Part shown: positions 37,980 to 49,329 of the stretch, piece after piece
Layout of the letters: every line of letters starts with the position of its first letter
Position numbering within the stretch: the stretch's first letter is position 1
Origin: Octopus sinensis
Taxonomy: Eukaryota
Reading direction: 5' to 3'
Assembly (NCBI RefSeq): GCF_006345805.1
Contig: NC_043014.1
Coordinates: 26,536,001 to 26,600,000, forward strand
Length of the DNA: 64,000 nt
Notes under the pieces: model-generated
What the model was told of the DNA's origin: nothing
Database searches by the model: none
What the model saw: the letters and a program-made list of their open reading frames with translations, nothing else
Position numbers and translations under genes: made by a program

Positions 37980-38280
37980 CTTTAACCGTAAAACCAAAAC
38001 CAGAATCGTAGCTGTGGCCAGTGCCCCCTGACTGGCTTCCGTGCCAGTCGCACGTAAAAAGCACTGTCCGGACGTGGCCGATGCCAGTGTCCCCTGACTG
38101 ACCCCTGTGCTGGTGGCACATAAAAAACACCCACGACACTCTGGGAGTGGTTGGCGTTAGGAAGGGCATCCAGATCAGATTGGATCCTGGTGCAGCCTCT
38201 GGCTTTCCAGACCTCAGTCAAAGCGTCCAACCCATGCCAGCATAAAAAATGGACGTTAAACGATGATGATGATGGTTATG
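37980..38280 (+). mobile_element. SINE 3' body with RTE-like (GAT)n tail
   Basis: ggttggcgttaggaagggcatcca...aacccatgccagcat...ggacgttaaacgatgatgatgat. Confidence 0.8.
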
Positions 38281-38293
38281 ATGATAATATATA

Positions 38294-38361
<68 letters not shown>

Positions 38362-38653
38362 ACAACACCACACCACACTACACCATACCACTCACACCAG
38401 CACTGACCAATTCCCATCCTCACATTTTCACACCTACACATACACACTCGCACACGTCAAGACCACCAGCCTTCTTTCACACGCACATACATACTCTCTT
38501 ATACACACACGCACCCTCGTTTTTGGGGTCATCTTTACTTTGTTATCTCCCCTACTTCTTCGCCCCCTGTGTGACCCTTCTGTCTGGCAGTCGCCATGAT
38601 AGATCGGTAACCACTACACACATTTTTTTCTCTCCTTGTTTTTTTCTGTGTCC

Positions 38654-38689
38654 CTTTCTGTAGAAGGGCATAGGCTCGAAACGTAAAAG
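38654..38689 (+). ncRNA. Minimal hammerhead-like motif with CUGUAGA core
   Basis: CUUU CUGUAGA A GGGC auag GCUC GAAA CG UA|AAAG. Stem III is the palindrome ACGU. Confidence 0.5.
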
Positions 38690-38715
38690 ACTTTTTCAAT
38701 CCCTGAGCGTTATAT

Positions 38716-38753
<38 letters not shown>

Positions 38754-39522
38754 AAGAGAGAGAGAAAGGTGGGAAGGGAGTGAGAAATATATATGTACAC
38801 GTATGTATGCATATGAGATGTATATGAGTATGCATGCATACATATATATGGGACTGTGGGTGGTATAGAATGAGAGAAAGAGAGAAAAAGAGTGAGAGCG
38901 AGAGAAGTTTCTTATCGAAAACCACTTTCCATGCAATTAACATTTCTGGCATACTCAGCGATACAGTCAAATCACTTGCACGTATACGTACATACTTACA
39001 TACACATACGAGCAAATATACATGCAGCCACTTAGCTAACTTGTGGAATATGTAAACAGTCAATCATTATATTTATCGAATACATTTCAGATGGAAAAAA
39101 TGTTTTTAGCCTTAAACAAATCATTGTGTTTTAGTTTTTAAAAAATTCGCTACAAATTTTTCTGACTTTCAGTGAAACAATGAATCGTTTGCTAATTTTG
39201 CATAGCAGACTTAGACCCGTAAATAGAATTTTCTTCGAAGCAAGAAATGTTATATCTCATAAGAAAGGAAATCTCGAAAGTTACTCCTTACGTAAATTCC
39301 CAGTCATTAATCCGTTCCTATACAATTTTTTTTTTTTTTGCATAATCCTTCAAGTGTATGCAATTGAAAGGAATTATTCTTTATGCTATTCTCCAACAGA
39401 ATTTCAAGATGATGCATTTCGAATCTCCTCCTAAGCATGAACATATATAGTACTGAACATTGAAAATTTCTTTACACACACATTGATATATTTATATAAA
39501 TATTAATATCTATAGTAGATAA

Positions 39523-40955
39523 CACTGGGGAACAGGTTTTTTGTTGTCTGATGTTGGATGTCGGGGGTGCTGATTTCAAAAATGAAATCCATTCAAAAAT
39601 GAAATCCATTTCAAAAATGAAATCCATACGTCAAGATTTTACACAAACTGGGATGTCCATTTTACAACATTTCTGGTATTGTCATTATTTCTAAGGATAG
39701 GAACCCATGTATCGAGCTTGACATAACTTTGAAAACAGTTTTTTAATGTCATTTAAAGTAAATACAACTACAAAAGTGAAAACAAGAGTTATGATTTAAG
39801 TATCTTTAGTAAATAAAATGTATCAAACTTGAGCAACTTCCAGTATTTTCAACCTAACCAGTTTCAAATATCATGATGATGACAGAACTATCCTTTATAA
39901 AATTAAATGTTAAGAAACAACATATTTTGTTGCCTTTGACACCATACGTCTCATATTTGCAGAATTTATCTGCCGATATGCCCACGCTTTGCTTAATTTA
40001 GTGCGACTATCATTGCAAGCTAGATGAGACATGTTTTGTTGAACTTTTAACTGTCACCAATGAAAATTGGTGTTTTGAATGTACCCTTAATGTTTTGATT
40101 ATGAGGTCACATGAGTCAAGGTCACTGTTCGTTAAGTATAGTCAAAGAACTGTAAAAAGAACTTCATGTTATGTATACTCTTTATGGAACTTTGCCATTA
40201 TAAATCTGCATTTGCTTACTTTACAACTGTTGACTATTCTGAAAATGCTTTTCCAGCTGACAACTGGCTTGAAGATGTTTTGTATTTCAGAAATATGGCC
40301 AGTTGTGAGGGAAGAGAATGTAAAAACAGTCTCAATGTCTTCTGCTTATTCCTGGATCAAGCAAACCAAATTAACAGATTTATTGAAGAAAGCTTACCTT
40401 CCTTATTTTAGCATGAAACTGGGTGACAAGACAAAGCTTGGGCATCCCATATATTGTGCAAAACATGTGCTGAAACACTCAGGCAGTGACTGCTTCAAAT
40501 ACTTAAGCAGGACAAGCTATTTTTGGAGACCATGTCTGGCATTGAAAAAGAAGCACGGAATGCTTTTGTTGCAGCTGTATCTGATTTCCTGAGAAACGGG
40601 AAGCCATCAAATTTTGAAGATCTTGAGCAGACCCTGTTAACCAATTTTCGAGCAATGGACTGCAAAATGAGTGTAAATGTGCATTTATTGAAAATCCTAA
40701 GGCAATAGTGACGAGTAAGGAAAAAGATTCCACCAAGACATCGAGAACATGAGAACTAGGTATCTAGGCAGGTGGAACACCAACAATGTGCTGTCTACTG
40801 CTGATCACTGCGAAGAGACTGTCATGATGAAATTTATTCACAAAAAGCAATAAAGAGAAAGTTCATTTCTTGAGCAGTTCAAACTCCAGTTTGACAGAAA
40901 TATCAATTTTAAGATATGTAATTAAACATTTGGTGCAATATATCTGTTAAACAGT
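39523..40955 (+). mobile_element. Internally deleted, decayed Chapaev3-like (CMC) DNA transposon
   Basis: KKAYLPYFSMKLGD, EKEARNAFV...CKMSVNVH and RFHQDIENMRTRYLGRW remnants. CACTG left end; right end degenerate. Family assignment from memory. Confidence 0.65.
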
Positions 40956-40959
40956 TTCT

Positions 40960-42080
40960 TATTTCAGTTTTGACATTTTTTGGTAAAAAAGGGGAAAAAG
41001 GCCGAGTAGGTGGAAGCTGAAACGGAAAAGGCGCTAAGGGAGAAGTCGAAAGAAATAATATACATAACTAAAGGAGGGAGATATGGGACAATGGTCGTCC
41101 ACTTTAGGACAGTAGAGGAGGGGAAGGGGCTGGCAGTAAAAATAGAGGAAGTAGTGCTTCTGCCCACATAACTTTGAAGAAAGGTGAGAGTAGAAGCAAT
41201 TCCACCGGATATAGAAGTGGCTAGCGTAGTAACAGTTGTCCTTGTTGGAAGCGAGGAGGTGGCTGTCCGCCAAGCCACAGAAACAGAAGAATGAGGGTGG
41301 AAAGGAAGGACACTTCAACTAATTATTCAGGCGGAGGAAGGTCAACTGGAGAACTTGGCAGAGACGGTGACGTTGGAGAAAATGGTGCTGAGAGTGTGGG
41401 TAGAGGGCAGAGTACAACGTTGTTTTAAAAGTGGTCAAAAGGGCCACATTAGAGCATACTGCCCTTTACAGAGGGCAATGGCTGAGTATACAGTTGTGGA
41501 GACAGAAGAGAAAAGAGAGGAAGAAAAGACAGATGGAGGAAAGGAGAAAAAGGAGGAGAATGGAAAGTTACAGAGAGCAGCAGAAAGAGGAAAAAGAAAA
41601 GACACTGAGTATGATGTGATACCCCAGTCCAACTCCATCCCACCGAAGACCACTCAGACCCACCTTCCCCATACAGACATCAAACCCACCTACCCCCTTT
41701 CCCCACAAGAAAAAAGAAAAAGAAAGAACAGACGCCACAAAATTTAGAAGACACCCCTCCTGGTGAAAAAGGTTACAAATGCATGGCGGATAGAATGATA
41801 TCACTAAATGATGGAGAAAGGGGGAAAATGATTGGACTGAAGGAGAAAAAGGACTTAGGACCCAGAGGCGGCGAGTGGTGTTACTCAGTGTGGGGTAAGT
41901 AGCACACTCTTCATATCATTTTCAGATATCGTTAATGTTATTATATTTTAATTTGTTCTTCATGCTTATTTTCATGTATCATTCTTTATATCATATTTTA
42001 TGTTTATGTTTTGAATGTCCCCCAAATATGTTGTAGTGTTCCCCGCTGTGTAATGCCTTTATGGCAATTTAAAAGAAATA
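40960..42080 (+). mobile_element. ORF1-only Tx1 derivative (HAL1-like), decayed
   Basis: IIYITKGGRYGTMVVHF and VEGRVQRCFKSGQKGHIRAYC are homologous to Tx1 ORF1. No ORF2 follows; an AT-rich tail ends aaaagaaata. Confidence 0.6.
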
Positions 42081-45000
42081 GAGTAGCTTGCTTGCTGACT
42101 TCCGGTTCCGACTTCGTGTCAGCTGGTTGTTGAACTTCGTGCTGTGATCATCGTGTTACTGGATTACCTTTTTGTGGGATTGCTTTTGTTGTCAACGTTA
42201 TTGTTAAATTTGTTAATTTTGCTGGATTTGTTTTGTGAACCATTCTATTTCCCGCTTGTCGGAAAGTAGAAATTGTTAATTTTTGCGTAGCCGTTGTGGC
42301 ATATTTTAACTTCGTTTGAAAAACAATTGAACTGCTAAGAGTCGTCGTTCGAAATTTAAAATTGGGGTGGAGTGGAATTTGAGCCCCTTATTAACATCAA
42401 TTATTAAATTAATTATTATTAATTATTATTGTCTGCCACGACCCCTTCGGGGTGACGAATATTGGATTTTTGCATCTGTACTTGGAACTGCTGGAATTAT
42501 TTATTGAATTATTTTTGAGCTGTTGTCCTCCTTGTGGGGAAAATTATTATTGAATCATTTAAAATTGTTTTTCGAACGGTTGTCCCCTTTGAGAGGAAAA
42601 TTATTTTATAATTTCCTCGGTTTCCTTAAATTATTAAGGAATGTTGTTTAACAGGGCGGACAAAATAAAATTTCTGGAAATTACATGCTCTGCACCCCAG
42701 AACTGGCTTGGGTGGAGCATCTCGGCAGTAATTCAAGGGGCTCAGGGAGACATAGAAATGCTTCCTAAACGTGTACTCGTGGGAGAGAATGCGGTGCTCC
42801 ACATTCAAGTAGAAGGGAGAAAACCAACATGCTTCGAATGTGACAACATTTGAGCAGACTGTGACGAAAGAAAGAAAAAATTGGCGCAGATTCCAGGCCC
42901 TACAAACATCAAAAATATTCCTACTCCCACACACACACCAACTCCCACAAAGACAAAAACTCCCACCCCCTGTGTTGCGGTGCCGGCCCCTAAACAAAAT
43001 AACGAGAAAAACCCAGCCCCTGCATACACAAGCCCCCAAAGAAACAAAAACACCCACCCCCTTGAAACATGTAGCATCAACTGAAAATACTGTTACCCAA
43101 GGAACTGTTTCTACCCCAGACGATACCATGGAAGTATCAGAGGGGGAGTATACTACTATAGTACGGAAACGTATACACACCATATCCCCATCCAATTCCC
43201 CTACAAAAACTGATACAACACCACAACAAACCCCGCCCAATTGTCCCGGAAAAAAAAGAAAAAATGAAAAAAGAAGTGAAAACTATATTAATTGCGTTTG
43301 ATACTCAAAAGGATTTTACGAACAGTATAATAGTGCAGCATCACACAACAAACCTCAACCAACCAGTTAAAGACTCAAAATACAGGTGCGCTCGAATTGG
43401 GGAAACCCTATTCAAGCAATTAAAGGAAAGAAACCCAAAAGCTATCCAGAGTATTTTGGAATTACCCGCAAATGTAAAGAAGGCAGAGAAGGAGCTGCTT
43501 TATGTGTGGTAAAGTCGGCCCCAACTTCTCCGGTAAAAAGTAAGTGGAACTCTTTGTTTTTGTAATGACCCTTCTTAACCTCGGTTGTTTGAATGTGCGT
43601 GGTCTGAGTTCGAAGTGGAAGCAGGCTTGTTTCCTCGACGACCTCAGATCACACGATATACATGTTATGGTTGCTACAGACACCATGCTGGACAGTTTAC
43701 GGACCTTCTCACCTCTCCTAAATGGCTATGAGAAAATTATGTCTCCTAGCCAGACCAGAGGGCGTGGGAGTGTGATGGTACCGGTCCGTAAAGGCTAGAG
43801 GTTTACAAACTGATTTTTATCGGCGCCTGGAGAACTTTCTCGTGGCGTCGAAGACATTAGTGGTATTAGGAGACTTTAGAGCTATCATGAACGTACGCAT
43901 CGATAGTGTTGGCTCAATCGATAGGAAAGTGAACTCACGTATCGTTGATATGCTTAAGCGTTTTCAGCTGGCAAATCATTACATGCTTGACCATCCGGAC
44001 GTCCCAGAGTGGACCTGGATGAATGGTGACGGAAGGTTCAAGTCTTACTTAGACAGAATAGTTATTAGAACTAGTAATAAGGCTAGTTTTAGCTGTCCAC
44101 AACTTGTTCAAGTATCCTACACAGACCATAGAATGGTAAAGTGTAGGCTGAACATAGATAGTGCAGTTAAGAGAGGATCTGGCTACTGGAAGATGAACAA
44201 GTCTATTTTGACTTGCGAGGCATACCGTAGCTTGATTAAGGAATTAGTACAGAATGTGTTAACAGGTCCCGTGATTAATAATCGGTGGTGGCTCGCTCTC
44301 AAGAGAGCCATTCGTTTCGAGTCTGTTAGGTTTAGCAAGCAGCTAAGTCTAGATAAGGCTAGAATAGAAGGGCGATTAATTAAGGACCTAGAGGAGGCGT
44401 TGAGGTTTGGCTCTGCATCTCACACTTTGGCAGCGAGAACGGCCTTAGACCGTCACCTCAAAACCAAACATGAAGGGTACAGAGTCCGGGCTAAAGTACG
44501 ATCTTTTGGCCATGAGGGAATTAAAGTTGCCGGATGGGCCCGTTCGATAGAAACCTAGCGTGGCAATAATGCCACAATTAGATCTTTTCTTGATGCAGAC
44601 GGGAGTTCGGTCGAAGGACAGGACGAGATATGCGAGGTGCTTCACAAGCACTTTGTCGAGTTGTTCGGGAGGGGCGGGACGCTGGATCATGGTGAGGCCC
44701 TTTGGGACTTCCTGTCTGGCGGCCCGCGTCTCTCGGCACGAGAAGCTGAGTGCTGTGAGGGGGCAATTACAGCCGAATAGGTGATCAAGGTTCAAGGCGA
44801 ATGTCCCGGGGAGAGGTCGACGGGTCTCGATGGTCTGCTCTATGAGTTTGATAAAATCATGCTCGACTTGTTCGGGCACCTGCTGGCCAGCGTTTATGCC
44901 AATCGGCAGCAGAATGGGAGAATTCCTAAGTTGAGGCGTACCCGAGCAAGGGGGATGAAATAGGAAATTTCAGGCCCATAACTCTGTTGAACACAGAGTT

Positions 45001-45270
45001 AAAGATTTTGGCTAAGGTGCTAGCGAAAAGGTTGGTGCGGGTCGTGGACGTACTTGTGGGGGAAGCGCAAACGTGCGCCATTCCGGGCAGGCCGATCCAC
45101 GACAATCTCCATCTTATATATTTAGACCAGTATAACGCATTTGATAGGGTCGACCATTAGTACTTAGCAGCGATCATCGAGAAGGCTGGCTTGGGCCCAA
45201 CCTTCTACAGTTGGATTGCTGCGTTGTACAGCGACATCGAGTCTGTTGTGAAAGTAAATGGTTTGTACGT
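42081..45270 (+). mobile_element. Second Tx1-like LINE, 3'-truncated and decayed
   Basis: ORF1 VEGRKPTCFEC. ORF2 GCLNVRGL, VLGDF, GSGYWKMN, partial RT. Confidence 0.88.
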
Positions 45271-45488
45271 CCTGGTTTGTCCACTCGTTGTAACGCCTTG
45301 ATGGCGAAATTTATTTAAATAATGTAGCTTGCGTACCAGCCACATAGTTCCGAATTGGTCCCATTGCGTAGCACCTTGTGCAAGTGTCTTCTACTATAGC
45401 CTCGGGCCGACCGAAGACTTTTGAGTGGATATAGTAGACGGAAACTGAAAGAAGCCTCTCGTAAATATATATACATACATATATATAT

Positions 45489-45533
<45 letters not shown>

Positions 45534-45675
45534 AGATGATGGTGTTATTGAGACCCAAAGGTGTTAGGTAATGCTGAATAAGTGCTATAGAGAGACCATA
45601 GTTAAGTTCCAGATTCGGTAATATTGCGAATAAAGGGTTCAACGTTGGTTCTATGTCAGAGTGTGTATATAAGAA

Positions 45676-45893
45676 TTTTTGCGTAATAAGATAAAAAACC
45701 AAGGCTGTATAGATATTAGAGCATTTATAGATAGAAGGTCTTACAGCTGTTTCTAGGATATCAATTAATAATATCCCTTCATCAGAGGAAGGGATATTAT
45801 TAATTAATATCCTAGATACAGCTGTAAGACCTTCTATCTATAAATGCTATAATATCTATACAGCTTTGGTTTTTTTATCTTATTACGCAAAAA
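45676..45893. repeat. Imperfect palindrome with ~105-bp arms, centred on 45784
   Basis: Outside the 7-nt centre the arms differ by 4 substitutions and 1 indel. Confidence 0.93.
45740..45787 (-). ncRNA. Type I hammerhead at the centre of the palindrome
   Basis: CU CUGAUGA A GGGAUAUUA..UGAUAUCCU A GAAA CAGCUG UA|AG. Stem I is only 2 bp. Confidence 0.6.
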
Positions 45894-48460
45894 CATTATA
45901 TATATATATATATATATATATATCAGGGTATGCATATATATACACATATGTCAGGTCACTTTCGAATGCTACTGGTAACATGTAACCCAGTACAACCTAT
46001 TGCATGGTCGGGTCGTCGGCGACTAAACCGGCAAACCCACCAAGCTTGCTTCGTGAGGAGGGTGTTTATTGGACACCCTGCGGGATGAAAAACAAAACCC
46101 GTCAAAGGGCGGAGGAACTCTTGAGAGTCAACGGCCATCCAATAAATGTCTTAAGGCTGTATCATGCGCGGGGACATAATCGGACTGAATACCCGATCGC
46201 GCGGTTAAACCATTGGGAGTGAAGGACTTCTAAGAGAAGGTAACTCAGGTAACTGGGATACTCCGATATAAAACCTGCGGCTCAGTGGTTACCAATGATG
46301 TTGACGTGTTCTTCTTTTCGGATTATGGCTGCTGTTGCTTAGTGAGTGAGATTGACTCAGTGCACAGCCTTTCCTCACTTTAAAAAAAAAATCTTCTTGC
46401 ACAGGCATTGCACGATAACAACATTGATTAAGCTTCGAGCAATGGTCATACTCGATAACGAGGGGGCAGCCACCATATATATACACATATGTGTGTTTAT
46501 TATAGCCAAAAAAGGGTATAGGAACAACAAAGTGGACCTATTCCACTACGTGGTACGTATTTCGCCTGCCACCGCAACGGAAACCAGATTGGCTAGACGC
46601 TTATCATTGAGTTTAGTGATATCTACTTAACTGTGCGTGTGAATGTGTGTGTATGTGTGTGCGTGCGCGCGTGTGCAGAAGACGACAAGTGTGGGTACAG
46701 AAGTATCTATATGTGTACTTGCGCATATATGCTTTACTTTATTGTATATTTTGTTTTTTCCATTTATATTGTTTTTTATATTTTGTTATTTACTCACTGT
46801 CAGTGAATAATTACTAAATACATGTAGACAACTGTTTATAATATTTCAACGGAATTTTCCCTTTGCCATTCCTGTGCAATGGTACAACCTGCAGTTACTA
46901 ACAACATGGTGTATTAAAACCGAGCAACGCAGGATTTATTTAACGAGACATCCCTTGTGAAATCACCTAACGAGACACTTCTCCATTGCGGAATACTCAC
47001 AGAGTATTCCACCCGCGAGAGATCGATGTAGGATGTGTGTGTATATATATATAAAAGAGGGCGCCGAACTAACAAGTCGAGTGTAAATATACCTCTCCGA
47101 AAAATTAGAAGAACCTTCAAGAGATCGATGTTATCAGAAGTGAATTTTGTCTGTAAAGCAAATATAAGTGAAAGTACGACAAGACACTGTATTTGAGAAG
47201 AATATTTTTCGCTTTTGATGTAGTATATGCGACTAAAACATATTGCGCGAAGAACCGAACATATGTGCTAAAGCCACGTGTTTGAAAACCTCTGAAAAGC
47301 TACTTCCTGATATCGAGTCGCTCAAATATTAAATTCGCAAGCTGATCAAAACATGAAAACAAACCATAAAATATTGCATCTACGAACATCAGAACTCTAT
47401 TTTTTTTTCTTTTGTTTACAAAATGCAAGTAAAGAATACGGGAGTATCGAAGAGCTGTCTTTTATATCTTTCTTTCTTCTAAAATAGAGTGAAGGTAAGT
47501 GTTCTCTCAACCAGAAGGTAAGAAAAAAAATTATTTATTATTATTAATAATCGACGAACTTACGGTTCTAAGATCACCTAATAATCCATAGATATAATCG
47601 CGATTATAGATTACGCTATTTTTATTTTTAAACGCGCGTCTGTTTGTATATAAATACGTCCGTGATACAGTGTGTTTTCTTCTCTCAATCCTGACTATCT
47701 GTGTAACCTGCCTTACTCTTTCTATCTCTTTCTTACAATTCTCCCCTCCTTATCTGTCTCTCTCTCCCTCAGACCCTCTATTCTACTCTCTTATCTCTCT
47801 CTCTCCCTCTGTCTTTTTCTCTCTCTCCCTCTCTCTCTTTTACTCTCTCTCCCTCTATCTGCCTCTCTTCTCTCCGTTACTTATCAGGTCAAACCCCTTT
47901 CTCTCTTTTCCTCCTTCTGTCCCCTTACGTCATTCTCTACACAACCCTCCCTGTCCCTTTACTACATTCTCTTGCACCTCTATCCCGCCCCCTCTTTCCC
48001 TCTCCCCCTTTTCTTCCTACCTTTCCTCTCCCTGCTCCCTCTAAGGTTCACCCTCTTGTCTCTCTTTTTCTCTCTCTGTCTCCTTTCTCCACGCCACCCT
48101 GTCTATCCCTTTACTTCACTCTCTGGTACCTCTATCCCGCCCTCTCTCTCCCTCTCCATTTTTGTCTCTGCCTTTCTTCTCTCTGCTCCCCCTAAGGTCC
48201 ATCCCCTTCTTTCTCTTCTCCTCCATGTCCCTTTATTTTTTTCTCTACCACACATCCAACCCGCTCACTCTCCCCCTGCTGACCTGCCATTCTTTCTCTC
48301 TTCTTTCAGGTCAATCCCCTTGTCTCTCTCCCTATCCGCCCCCTGGCTGATCTGTCACCAGCTTTTTTCTTTTCTTCTCTTCTCTCCTCTCAGTTCAACC
48401 ATCTTATCTTTCCTTCTCTCTCTGTTCCTCTATTTCACTCTCACTGTATCTCAGGCGAAA

Positions 48461-49150
48461 ATGTCAAGGAACTGGTCTGCGAGGGAGTTGCAATTGTTCG
48501 TCCGCGCCTGGAAGATTGCCGAGGTCGACTCGCCAAACAATATCATTGCAGCGGCGCTTAAGAGCAATGATTTCTCGAGGACCACCGCCCAGATAGAGCG
48601 AAAAAAACGAGAATTCCTCCGTTCATACGCTCTAATCAGGCAACACATGGACACTCTGGACATCATCCTAGGAGGTGACTGCACCAGGGAAGACCAAAAG
48701 GATGGAGAACACATCCAGGACCCAACAAAAGACACAACCGAGAAACCTGCAACCAAGGGAAACAATGGCACATGTCCAGCTCCCAACACAACTGAAGACC
48801 AAAGAGGTGCGATGGCCGCAAAAAAGGAAAACACCCTAAAATCGACGGAAAACAAGAGGTAAAAGACAAGAAAACTAAAACAAACACTGTTCAGAAAAAA
48901 ACAGAAGAACTCCAGCAAGAACTATAAAGGCAAAAGCAGAAACATCTTCAAATTCTACCTGAAGGGAGACTGCTGGCATGGCGTCGAAGGTGCAAACTGT
49001 AGTTTTGCACATCAGAAGCTCTGCCAAAACCACATGGACACAAGACAAAAATACCTCCCTCGGGGAGAACAAAAAGATAAAGAAAAATATAAAAGAAGGA
49101 AAATGGCGCACTGACCACTCCTGAAAGACGTTATGCGGATGTAGTGCGTG
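48461..49150 (+). pseudogene. CR1 ORF1 with Myb/SANT-trihelix-like N-terminus and CCCH-type zinc finger; internal stop at 48860
   Basis: WSARELQLFVRAW...IAAAL...FSRTTAQIERK, then (F)KFYLKGDC...NCSFAH read past the stop. Confidence 0.6.
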
Positions 49151-49329
49151 GTATCCCAACAAATGGCCAGCTTCACCCAGATGTGAGAAGGCCAGCAGCT
49201 GAACAGCATGGCACAAAAAGTTGTTTAGCAGCTGACCTGGCTTCAAACACAAATCTGGAACTACCACTACATAAGGCCACCACCAACAGATGCAGGATGG
49301 CCACCACAAACACCAACACACACACCACA

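Noticed and set aside
37300-37980. Possible mitochondrial insertion
   Set aside because: It is low-complexity AT-rich sequence with no recognisable mitochondrial protein or RNA motif.
47672-48460. Hydrophobic N-terminal part of the 396-aa ORF resembling a membrane protein
   Set aside because: It is the translation of a CT-rich tract; the plausible start is the ATG at 48461.
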